Below are positions 25,901 through 38,885 of a DNA stretch of 64,000 nucleotides, in pieces. The number at the start of each line of letters is the position of its first letter. Position 1 is the stretch's first letter. The position numbers and the translations under genes are program-made. The notes beneath the pieces are model-generated. The model searched no databases and was not told where the DNA came from. It saw nothing but the letters and a program-made list of their open reading frames with translations. The stretch spans positions 558,001-622,000 of the forward strand of contig JAAOMT010000718.1 in NCBI GenBank assembly GCA_016748015.1, read 5' to 3'. This DNA comes from Geosiphon pyriformis uo1 (lineage: Eukaryota > Fungi > Glomeromycota).

Positions 25901-26926
25901 TTCAAGCTAAAGTCTTTGGTTGCTAAAGTAGTAAAGAGTTTAGGTTTAAGTAAAATGTTTGATTTTAAATAACTTGTTAGAGTTTGGTTAATTTTTAATA
26001 TTATTAAGACTTTCAAAGTTGTTGTCATGTTTTATAATAATATAAAACCAACAAAAATTATTTAAAATTTGTCAAGGATTAAGAAAAAATATTGAAAATC
26101 AAAATACTATAAATTAAAAATAGCCAAAAGTATATTTATTAAGAATACAATTAAAAAGCACATAAAAAATTTCAGTTTAAATAAAAAAAAACATGATAAA
26201 AAATGTTTTAAAATGATTTTTTTGCAAAGTTGGTTTGAATTATTTGGTAGTTGAAGAAGAGTTAATTTTGGAATTGAATAAGGTAAAATCTAAAATAGAC
26301 AATATTATAATAGAATAGATAAGAAAACAAAAGATTTTTTTGGTTCTAACTAATTTGTGAGCTTATTAATATGCTTTTTTGGAGCATGTAAGGGATAATG
26401 TTTTCTTTGACATAATAAATGATATTAGCTTAAGGAAATTGGTCTTGATAGTTAGTAAATTATCTGATAAAAAAACCATTGGTTTTTCTAACATATTAAA
26501 TAAGCTGTGAAAACTTTGTAATAATAAAATATTAAGATGTCTTTTAGATCTACTGAATTCTTGTCTTAGACTTAACAACATCCTAAATTCTTGGAAGAAA
26601 ATATGAGTTCAATAATTTTTAAGTCTTATAAATAGAATAGTGTTCTAACTAATACATAGTTTATTGTATTAATTAAGATTACAAGAAAGATTTTGTTCAA
26701 GATTCTGTCAAATTAAATTTTATTTGTTTGTAGCAAGCTCAACATTTTTTGTGATGATAATTTTTTAGTCCTAAAAAGTATTTCAATTCAGTTTTCTATG
26801 TTTGCTGTTGATTTAATAGTAGAAAATACTTTGAAAAAGAGCCAAAAAATCTAATTGGTTTTGTAAGATATATACAAAGCTTATGATTTAATTAGATAAT
26901 ATTATTTAAGATCTAGTTTAAAATAT
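22908..26926 (+). mobile_element. LINE copy 2, heavily decayed, interrupted in RT by Gypsy element C
   Basis: ORF1 remnants (MPKEAFYRLVGSFFSQKK, MIVKNFFVLDIN), APE remnant, RT up to KAYD; colinear with copy 1. Confidence 0.9.
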
Positions 26927-29900
26927 TGTTATCCAAATAGAAAAAACAAATCCAAAATATATTGAAAATATAATAACATAAAAAAATATAATAATGCAAA
27001 ATAATACAGAATAATATATTATAACTTAAGATAATATAAGATAATACAATAATATAAAATAGCACAGAATAACTAACCATAATATAGAATAACTAGTTAC
27101 AATATAAAAAAACAAAACAACAACAAAAATAGCAAGCAATAGCTAGTAATAACAAGTGATTAAAAAGCAATCTTATAAAACTAGAAATATGTATAAAAAT
27201 AAATAGTTTTAACAAAAAAAAAAGAACAAACAAAAAAAATAGTTAGATAAAAAATATATTTTTTACCTATATCTACTAAATTTATCTTACTTATATATCT
27301 ATATTACTTTAAATAAAAAAAATATTTAAAATCAAAAATTATTTATTTATGATTTCCAAATTTTATGTTTAAACCAAATTAATCATTTTTTTATTTTTAT
27401 TTTTGGCCAGATGCTTTTAGCATAAAATACATTAAACAAATAATAACTTAGACCAATTGTTTTTGATTGTAGCAATTAATGATACTAAATTTTTTTATTT
27501 TTTTATTTATTTTTGTAGAATAGCAAAATTGCAAAATTGACTGTTTGAAAATAGACTTTATAACAGTCTGGTAAAGAAAAAAAGCTTTTTTTAAGATTGA
27601 ATATTAATATTATCTTGTTAGTTTACTAAAAGAGCAAAAAAATACCACCAGATTTTAGTAATTGTATTTTACTAATTCAGAAAAAATAGCTTGTATACTT
27701 AAGTTGCAAATAGTTGAATATCTCTCTGTGTCTTATAACTAAAAAACTTTACAAGTAAAACTAATAAAAAACTTTTAAAGACTAATATCAAATAACTCAT
27801 CTTAAGTATTTGAAATAAAAATCTTCAAGCTTTCATTATCTAAATTTAGAATACCAAATGTTATCACAATACTCTACCAAGTTTACCCATAATATTTGGT
27901 GCTCTTTATAAGATTATAAAATCTACAAAGACAAAAAACTCCAAAAATTTACCAAAATAACAACTATTAGAACTATAAAAAAAGATTACTTACTGTATAG
28001 AAAAGTATTATTTCAACACTTTAGAGAAAACTTAAAAATATCAATAAAAACTATTACTGCAAAAAGTAATTTTTGTCACTATGTACATGCTAAGATTAAC
28101 TACTTACTAGAATAAACAAAAAACACAGGAAAACTTGGAGAACAAATACATTAAAAATTATTAATATACTTGATTTCAACTACTATATGAGTAATAGCTG
28201 AAACTCTTCTAATAATTAATCAGAAAATCCAAAAATACACTAGCAAATAATATTCTCAAATAAAAAGAAAACAATTATTAAGACCTAATTTCAAAGAATT
28301 CAAATCTGAAAATAAAAATACACCAGCCACACAAGAAAAAATTCGACTTATAGTTAATAAAAAATCAAGGCTTTTTTTATTAATAATCTTCTCATATTAT
28401 TAAACTTCTGAAAACAGAATTTTGTTTAACCAAATTATGAAAACACAATTAAAACTTCAAAAACTCCCAGAATTCTATATTCTTAAGACTATAACCAAAA
28501 TTTTTAAACCAAATTTCTAAAAAAATACAGATCATTGTTTGAAAATTTTATCTTAGCAGCCAGTAAAACCAGTAAAAGCACTTTTTTTTTAACATAAATA
28601 TTAGTATTACTTCTAAACAAATTAATTACTACACCCTCAAATAAAACTGATATCTTATAATTTATTAACTACTTTAATAAAGAAAAACAATCAGTTACAA
28701 ATTCAACAAAGCAACCAGACTTATTTTTGTTAATATTCTCTTTATTAATAATTAAACCAATCTCTATTACTTAGATCATGACTTACAGAAACATTGCCAG
28801 ACTGAAAAATTTTTTTGGTGAAGAAAAAAATGCATATACTTAAATTGCAAAAGCCAAAAAAGCAATTAGAACTAATAATTAAAACAAAACCAGAATAATC
28901 TAAGCTTTACTGTTCTTCTTGACAGAAATTGCAAATTTATGATACCAAAGTTTTAAAGAGAAACCAGCCAACTTTGCTGCTTTTAAACTTATCTTTCTAC
29001 AATATTTTTGTGATTCCAATACACTCATTAAACTACAAAATCAGTTCAGTATAATAAAACAAAAAGATTATAAAACAGTAACCACATATTTCAGATAATT
29101 TAATCAAATTTTTTATCAAATTTAGGCAATTAAAAAAGACTATTATATATTAGAACAAATTTTTAACCAAATTATTAAAAAACTAAGGAGTAGTATCCTT
29201 TAATTTATTAAACTCTATTACTCTGACAGCTTACAAGAAACCATAATACTTGTCTATAAGTTTAAATTAACAGAACAAAAAGCCAATTATATTCAAACCA
29301 TCAACTTTGTCATAAACAAAACTTCAGATATTAATGTTAAGCTTACCTAATTAAGTAAGAAATTAACTCAAAAAATTGAAAAATTCTTAACAGAAAACTC
29401 TAAAACTTATTAACTGTTATAATGTAAAAACAACTTTAGTAATTATCTACAACAACAAAATTGACAACAATAACAACAACTTTAGAAATCAGATCCTTAT
29501 AATTGTTATTATTGTCAGAAATCCAAACATATTGCAAAAAATTGCAAAAAAAATAAGCTGATTAAAACTAAAAAAATCAATATTAATTACAACCAAGATA
29601 TTTTCAAGCCATAAAATTCCAATATTTTTTGTCATAATATTTACAATTACAATACTCACTTTAAATTTTTTTAACTTATTATCAGTTTTTATAAGTAATA
29701 ATACAGACAACATCTCAATACCAAGCTTCAATATATAATAACTTCAGACTTCAAGCCATTGACTATAATTAAGAATGACAAAACATCAGTAAAAATTAAA
29801 TACAACCTATTAGTGAATTAGCAAAACCAGTATATCATAACAACATATTACCTTAAATAACACAAACAAAATATCTAAATTAGATCTTATATTTTGGTCT

Positions 29901-31419
29901 TATAGAAACTTCAGATTTTCATAATGCTATATATTAGAACAAAAAAAATATAGTTGAAATTACCAATCTTTCTTCTTTTAACTTCAGTCAAACTGCCAAT
30001 ATAATTTTTTCTGCCATTATTACTGAAGATAATACACTAGTTATCATATTTTTATTTGATATTAACAGTCTGAACATTGTTAATCTTTTTAGTAAAGCTG
30101 CTATTAATCAGGATAAGCCAATTATAGCAATGTATACTAATGTCAAAGTAAAACAAATAAACATTAAATTAATACTTAATAGTAGATCTGCAGACAGCAT
30201 AATTATAAAACAACTTATAGATTAACTAGATTATTGAGTAAATTATGCAGCCATAGCTAGAATAATTATTATAAATAAAAATATCAAAACACTAATAAAA
30301 GAGATTAACAATTTTTTTTTAAAATTCACAGCATCAACATTTCAACAAAAGTACTTGTTATGGAAGCTATTCAATACCAAGCCTTAATTGAAAATAATTA
30401 ATTATCTAAAGCTTATGTTATATTGGATTAGAATACACAAAAACTCCAAATTATCTTTAATGAACAACATATCAAAGTACCTGTTATATATAGATACTTT
30501 AAAATAGTATTATCATCTCTTATATAAGAAAAAAAGATAAAAAAAAAGCTGAAAAAAAACTCCAAGAATTATTATTAATCTATTTAACTCTAAATTAATG
30601 AAATCAATCATATTGATCTCCAAAATTAATTTGTGTTAATTATGGAAAAAAGTTATTTTTAATGAACACTTATATTAAAGATAATAAAGTATGGCTTACT
30701 ACTATTAAATACTATTGCCAATTTTGTGTATTAAAACAATTTGGATGACCAAAATAACAAGACAAATAAGACAATATGCTATGTCTTGTATGTAATAAAA
30801 TTTTACCAAATAAAAAATCATGAAATAATGTTCTTGACAGAAGAAAAACATGTAACAAATTCTGTCAATACACTATTTTAATTAATAACTAAGCCTAAAA
30901 AGAAACTTTATTTGCTGTAGTCTATAGTCAAACAATAAATCAACTGGATTTATACCCTTATAATAAAGAAAAAATTTGGAACATAACCACAGCAAAATGG
31001 AAGAATGCTATAACTAAAGAAGTATATATCATAAAAAATGCTCTAATAATTATCAAAAAAATGGATAACTTATTTATAGATAATTCTAAAATATTCTAAA
31101 ACTAGTATTAAGAACTTGCCTCTATTTAAAAAAAACAAAAACAAAAACTAGCAGATCTTAATACAAAACTGTATAATTATTGCTTGATCTTTTACAATTT
31201 TTAGTATTGTGACAAGTGTAATTTCTTGTTTAATTTATCTCCAAGAACACTATATTTTATTACTGAATTATTAGAACTCAAGAAAAAATATGAATTTGCT
31301 ACTGAGAGCATATTGTTTTAAGAGCCAAATAAAACTACTAAAATAGAACAATATTTTATCTATCTTGATCTTTCCAAGAAGTTAGAACTAAAATAATATA
31401 ATAACAACAACAAAAAAAT

Positions 31420-31806
31420 ATGCTCTGAAAGAATACATAAAAATAATGTTAGATTTAATTTAAGATATTTCAAACAATCTTTCATAATTATAGTTCTATA
31501 TTTTCTTGTAAAAATAAATCTCAAAATAGCTTTAGAAATTCTAATTAGTACTATAGTTCAAATTGCTTCTTAGTCTAGTCTCACAAAGAAAAAAATTAAT
31601 GTGAAAGGAGATATTATTAATTTAAAATATATAGGGAATATCATTATAATATTATAAACAATTCTAATAAACTTTATATAATTAAATTACAAAAAAAAAT
31701 CACTTAAATTATTTTTCTACTGTAAAAATACTCCAATTAACTCCAATAACCACATATAAGAAATTAAGTCTTACTGCTTGAGAAATTAAAAAGTTCAGAT
31801 CAAGTA
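31420..31806 (+). pseudogene. dUTPase domain of element C
   Basis: Five trimeric-dUTPase motifs in order, decayed mostly by transitions: NVRFNL (DAGFDL), AS*SSL (ASRSSL), GDIINLKYIGNI (GGIIDxxYxG), IT*IIF (IAQ), *EIKKFRSS (RGxxGFGSS). Confidence 0.82.
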
Positions 31807-31907
31807 AAAAAAAACATAGTAATTAATTTTATAGAAAACAACAGTAACAAAATAAAACTTATCTACACTAATACAGTCATCTCTATTTTTTTATATTAAC
31901 AGTACAT

Positions 31908-32880
31908 TGTTACCAGTAGAATTTTAGCTATTAATTAGCATGAAATTATCCTCATAATTTTTATTATTAATTAGCATATATTATTATTATTTCGATTATC
32001 ACTTATTATTTAATCAAATTATCAAATATCATTACTTAATCAATAACCTAATTTGTATCATAAAAATTAAGATAATCAAATTACACAATACCCTAAACCA
32101 TTTAATATAGTCAAAATTCGCCGAAATTAATGAAAATTGGCCGAAATAATCAATAGTTTGTAGAAATAACTTGTAATTTACCAAAATGTATTTTTAGTTT
32201 ACTAAAATCAGAGCAAAGAGAAAAGTGCAAGTTTAAAGACTAGTACTACAACAAGTTGTATAAAAAAAGAGCTTCTCTCTTCAAGAAAATGTATCTTCTC
32301 ATAGTATCTTATCATAGTATCTTACTTTAGATATCTTAATTAGAACAAATTATCTTTTACACATCTTAAATAAAAATTAAATATTCGAAAACCAAATCCT
32401 TTAAATTATTACACTTGAAATTCCCTCAACACAACTAACATTTTGAAATTGATTAGCTACCAATTTCAGTAATCTGTTAGTAACTCCAGGCCTGAATAGA
32501 AAACGTTTTTCTTAACACAATTCTATTTCTTTTACATTTTTTTATTTTTCTTTTATTTTTCTTATCATAATTATTAAAGTAGCCTACAGACGAGATTCCT
32601 GTAGAAGAGTTGACTTTTACAGCAAAGTAACTACACAATTTTAGTGAGCTTTCAGACAAGCAATTCCTGGAAAAGAGTTGACATTTACTACAACATAACT
32701 ACACAAAGCAACTGGCACGGAATTGGTCATTTCATTTATAAATCTAGCAGTTCAAATTATAGGAGATAATTTGAAGATAAATTCAGTTATTAGAGGTTCA
32801 ACTACTTCTAGAAAACGTGAATTTACAACAAACAGACATTAACAATATTTAAGAAAAGAGACCAAAAACCTCCGATAATA
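31908..32880. mobile_element. Solo LTR D inserted in element C
   Basis: TGTTACC...GATAATA termini; perfect ACAT TSD (31904-31907, 32881-32884); host frame QY|ILKVNQ resumes; internal ~47-bp duplication near 32590-32705. Confidence 0.85.
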
Positions 32881-33733
32881 ACATCTTAAAAGTAAATCAA
32901 AAAATTTAGGATCAAGTCTTTTTATTCAAAGCTGACTCAAAAAACTGTTTTTTAACCAATATTGCCAACCTATATATACTTACCAAAGCTTACAAACACT
33001 TCAAAATTTTTATTCACAATCTTATTAAAAATGTTATTGAGATTTCTGAAAGAACTTTTGTTGGTTTTATTTCCTCAAACATTCAAAATCCTAAGAAACT
33101 TCAGCCTATTCCAGACTTTGCACAATTGTTTTTATTTTGTGATATTATCTCCCAAGTATAAAATCTGCTAAAAAAAAGCTACTTGTTTATATTAGAAGAA
33201 ATTACTAAATTAAATCTGGAAAACTTAAGTACTTTATAACAAATATAACTTAAAATCTTCTTAAAACAATATTCTGATATTTTTGTCAGTAAAAACAAAT
33301 TTGAATGCACCAATACCATAAAACATTAGATTAACATAGAAAATACCAGACTTATTAAACAATAAGTTTACTAAGTAACTCCTGTAGACAATAATCTGAT
33401 TAAACAGAAAATATAATAAATACTAAATAATAAATTAATTAAGAAATTATTAAGTTCTTAGTTTTTTTTAATAGTATTGGTTATTAAAAAAATAAGAAAA
33501 TATGGTTTTGTATAAACTACTAAAAACTTAACAATATTACTTAAAAAGATAACTACTCAACTCTCTTTATTCAGGAAATTCTAGACAACTTAGGAAATAA
33601 AAAATGGTTTTTTTTTTAGACTTAGCTAGTGAATATTAACAAGTTGATTCCAAGAACAAAAAAAAAATGATATTTACCATATAAAATAGAAACTTTGAAT
33701 TCAATATAATGTCTTTTGAACTTTACAATACTC

Positions 33734-36700
33734 ATATTCTTATTATTACAAACCAAAATGTCAACTTTGAAAGCTTTTTTATTATCAAAAATAGACCATA
33801 TTTTGATAAAACAATTATACTCTAACTTATAACTTGTACTCACTTCTTTTACAATTTTTGAAACTAGTAGTTCTATGTTATAAAACTTTGAAAATTGACT
33901 ATTTTTTATGTACTTAAACTCAATAAACCAGTATTTAAAAAAAATTCCATCCACTGAGCTAATTATTATCTTTTTTAAAACATCTTACATAGCATTCAAA
34001 TTACCAAGATTATTTGTATTATTAAAACTATTTACAACTTTTAACAAGTTGGTAGAAATACACTTTTAAAAACTAGTTTATTTAGTAATATCTGTATCTT
34101 TAATCTTGAACTTTTAACAGTTTTTATTAGCTTGCTTATGAATTACAAATAGATGTTTGTCCAATAAACCACTTAAACCAAAAGAGATCATAATAGTCTT
34201 ATGATCAGTGTTAAAAAACTCAAACATATTATCAATCTCTTAAATTACCACAGAAAATAAAAAATATTCACTGATAAAAATATAGTTAATGGTTTTTTCA
34301 CACCTCATGAATTGGATCATGTTAAAAGCTTGGAAGCTATCTTATTTAAAAAAGAGTTGCACAAATTCAGATTAAAACACTTTTTAAAACTCATATTGTA
34401 TTTTCTTTTATTTTCATTAAAATTATTACTCAATACAACATAAAAATTTGAGTTAATTGCTTTGACAACAAAAAAATTCATCTTATTGATTTGTTCAAAC
34501 TGTATATTAGCTGAAGCATCAGCATACAAACTTATTAGTATAACTGAATATTTATTACTGAACAGAAAACATATTGAAATAAAACAACCCAGAATTTCAA
34601 AAACTTTGCATATATGCTGAGCCAAGAAATTATTTATTACAATTACCACTTCAATACTCATGTACTCAGTGTTCAAACCAGAAACAAAAACTTTTACACC
34701 TTAAAACCAATTCTTAATTCAAGATCTAATCTGACTTTTTAACTTAATTTTAGTAAAAAAAGAGATCCAATTGCCAGATTTATTATATCACCTGATTATT
34801 AGCCAAATTGTTCATTTTCTAAAAGTTATATATAACAATTTTTCAGATAAAATTACTTATTAAGAAAGAAAAAATGCTAACAAACTTGAATTAATACATA
34901 ACAAATTTAACTTTAATAAAACTAAACTTACAAATGTCTCAAAAGCTAACAACTTCGATTTTAAACTGTTTACTTTAATGGTCAAGACTTTTGAATTACT
35001 CAAACTTAAGACTAAAGTCATATCAATTATAGCTAAAAAATGAGATATAAGAGGCACTTGTAAAATATCTAAAACCATATTTAAATCTGACTCTGAAATT
35101 AAAGATACAGATACAATATAAGAAAAAGATTGAAAAGCAAAAATATGTAGTACCAGGTCTATAATATTTAGCTTTTTAATAATGTTCAACACTTGGTCAA
35201 TCAAAGCTCTAAAAAATGCTTCATAGTGGTCAGACAAATGGCAATAGATAAAATATTTTAAACAGCCAAAACATCTTTTTTATTGTGTAATACATTAGAA
35301 AAAAAAGAACCAAAATCAGAACCAAAGTAAAAATTATTAAACAAAGCAGTAAATAAAACCACCTGAGCCCAAGATTTGCCACTAAAAGCAGCAAAGTAAG
35401 AGATAAGAACACTTTTTTTGGTGTATAATTTGGCAAGCTAAAATCAAATCTTTTCTAAAACAGTCCTTTTATAAAGTTTCTTTAAAGATAACAAAACAGA
35501 CTTATCTGATAAATTACATTCTAAAGCAAAATGTCCAAAACACCCATACTTTTTACAATAAACCAAATTTAATTTAGTCTAAGAAAACTTTACCTCACCA
35601 AAGATTGGCTCTATGTAAAAACCAGATTCAAGTTTCTTCTTTGATTCAAAGTCAATTACAGCACAGCAAATTTTATTGTTAGATTTAAATAAATAATTGA
35701 TAATACAAATTTTCCAACCAGCCTCTTTTAATAAAATACTCAAATTATAAGCTGTTGTTCTTATTGGTAAAGTAAACAGAAGTACTCTAAAACAATCTTT
35801 TGATGTCCAGATATTACAATTTTTTATAGCTTTGGCTATATATACTGAATATTTTCTGATTAAAAATAACCATTTTGCTACCAATTGATCTGTTTGCTTC
35901 AATTTGGCAAACTTCATTATAGTCTTTTGTCACATCTCAATTAATTGCAATTTAATTGACTTAATTTGTCCAAACTCAGATATTACAACAATGATTATTT
36001 TTTTTAATGTATCTATGAGAATTTTTTTGATTATTACAGTCTAATTTAAATGAATTTTTTGTCTTTTAAGATTACTGTTTATAATAATCTCTTTTTTTCT
36101 GGCCAATAAAATAATTTTTTTCATATATTTTTCTAATGTAAATGTTAATCTGATGATTTCTTCAAATTTTGAGAAAGTAATAGCTCTCCCAAAACCATTA
36201 ATTGCTGAAAAAAATTTTCTGATCATTTGTGTTTTTGCTATTATTAATTTGTTATTTACAGCTAAGAGATTAATGTCTAGGACAAAAAACTTCTTGACAA
36301 ATACTACAACTTAAGTTTTAATAATTTTAAGATCAATCTACTTCTTGTTTAAGAAAACAAAGAGATAAAAAAAAGGAAAATCTTATTATTATTATCTATA
36401 TTATAGATAAAAAACCCAATTAAAGAGTTAACCATAATGTCAGTATTAAATTACTTAGCTTTAGAAGTATTCATCTTTGATTTTGATTTTTTTTTACCCT
36501 TACTGCCAGCATAATAACCAATATTTATACTAGAAAAATTACCAAAAGAATATTTTAATCTGTATTTATTCTAGTAAACTAATTAAATGTATGACCAGAT
36601 CCATTAAAACTCAAATCTGTCTTATTACTTAAATGCTTTATATTTCTAAAGAAGGCTTTTTGCTTTTAAAACAAGTTTTCATTGACTGAATCAGAAGCCA

Positions 36701-36879
36701 AAACTCTAACTGACTTTTTTTTAACACTAAAATCATTTATAGTGGCTGTTAATTTAATAATAAAAATATTAAATTCTTGTAAAATATTGAGATATATAAA
36801 AGCAAAAAACAGAAAAAACTTTTTTCAAAATTTTTGACTCTTTTTTGAAAATTTGGGATAAAGAAAAGAAAAAAGTTTT
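33734..36879 (-). mobile_element. LINE copy 3, heavily decayed, 3'-truncated
   Basis: 5' UTR, ORF1 remnants (MIRKFFSAINGFG, MKFAKLKQTDQL), APE remnant; ends before RT at the junction with element C. Confidence 0.9.
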
Positions 36880-38620
36880 TTAATTTTTAAGTTTTTATTG
36901 TTTTTTAAAACAAGTTATATTCTTATATATAACTTTAATTAATATATTTATTAAATTATTAAATTTTAAAAATTAAGTTAATTAAATAAAAATAAATTTT
37001 TTTTTGTTTTTTAATAATAATATTTAAAAAAAATTACAAATTATAAATTTTTTTGTTTTAGTATTTAATAAAACTATAAAAATTAAATTGGCTTATATTA
37101 AGTTTGTTTTTTAGTTTTTATATAATTTTATTGATTTAAATTTAATTATAAAAAATAATATTGTATAAAATTTATATTTCAGTTTTTTTTTAAATATTGT
37201 AAAATTTTTTATATTTTTTTAAGTATTTTTTTTAATAAAATTAAAATTTATTAATATATTTTAAGTTTTTTAAAATAGTTAAGACAGTTTTTGTTTATTA
37301 ATTGTTTTAATAATAAAAAATAATACTAAATTTATTATTATTAATTAAAAAAGTTTAATAAAATTATTATTAAAATTAATATTTTATACAAAAATTGTAT
37401 TTGTTAAAAAAATTTTAAATATTAATATTATTATAAATATTAAAGTTTAAATTATTTAATTTTAATTATAAAATTATATTTATTGTCTTTTAAAACAATT
37501 TTTTAAGTTTTTTTGTATATTAATTAATTTATTATTTTTTTTAATTTAATATTTTATATTAAAAATGTTTTTTTAAATTGCATAATATTATTTTTTTTAT
37601 TGGTTTTATTAATATTAACTATAATTTAAAATTAATTTATTTGAACTTAAACTTTAAAATTTGTCAGATTTAATTAAATTTATTGTTATTAAAATTGGTT
37701 TTTTAATAAATTTAATCGTCTTTTTTGTGTTAATTTTGTTATAAGTTTTACTAAACTTTATAATATATAATAAAATAATATTTATAAAAAATAATTGAAA
37801 AATAATTGCAAAAACATAATTTTATAAACAAATATTTACAAATTATTTTAATTAAATAAGAGTATTAAGTATTTATTAATTTAAGTTCAAATAATTAATT
37901 ATGTATAAAAAATACATAAACTAAATACATAATTTAACTTTTAGAAAAAAAAAACAATTTATGTAATTGGTAAGATTATATTTAATTAAAACATTAAAAA
38001 AATAAAAATAAAAATAAATTAATTAATTTTTAAAATTTTAAAATTTTTAATCTAATAAAAAATATTAAATAGTAAATAATTAAATAGTTATATATTTTAA
38101 TTCAGTTTTTATAATTGTTAATTGTTAAAATATTTAATTTAAAATTTTAAAATTAAGTATATTCTTACATTTATATATTATTATATTTAATTATAATAAA
38201 AATAAAAAACTAAAATTTATAATAACAAAATATAATTAATAAAAATAAAATAAGAATGGATATTAATTTTTATTTTATTTTTAAAATTAAGTTAAAAAAA
38301 TGTTAAATTGACCAAAAAATAAAGAAATTTGTTAATTATAAATATTTAACAATAAAATATTTTGAGTTTAAATTACATTAAAAATCAATTTAATGCTGTT
38401 CAACCAAAAATACTTGTTAATATTTTATTATTATAAATAAATTTCAATAAATTAAATAATATTTAAATGTTTTAACATTTCTTATTTTACTAGTTTTTAA
38501 GTTTAATATTGTAAAACATAAAAAATAATAAATAAACTCTGATTTTAACTAATAAAATTAAAGTTAAAAATATTTAAAAAAATATTATTTGTCTCAAGTC
38601 AATACAAATGTTAATTAATC
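36880..38620. repeat. Extremely AT-rich decayed tract
   Basis: Very low G+C, no ORFs. Confidence 0.5.
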
Positions 38621-38885
38621 AAATCAAATAAATATGTATATGTAAGATTGAATTTTATTGAATGGTTAAAGATGTTATAGAAGTTGAAACAACTTTCACT
38701 TTATCTGCATATAAAAGATCAAACAATGATCTGTCTCTGATCTGACCCTGCAGATTTTAATAATTTTTATTTTCCTGTTCATATGATCCACGTTCAGGTG
38801 AGATACATCAGCGATCCATCCCTTCAGATATAAATTAATCGAATTTCTCAAATTTCTTATTTTTGCACTTCCCTTCACTAGAATA

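Larger units (their letters stand above)
26927..33733 (+). mobile_element. 3'-truncated Ty3/Gypsy element C with dUTPase, heavily decayed
   Basis: Begins TGTTATCC where LINE homology stops; gag remnant with CYYCQKSKHIAKNC (29504-29545); protease LILNSRSADS (~30170); dUTPase; RT start (~33300-33733, DLASEY*QV, MSFELYNT). Confidence 0.85.
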
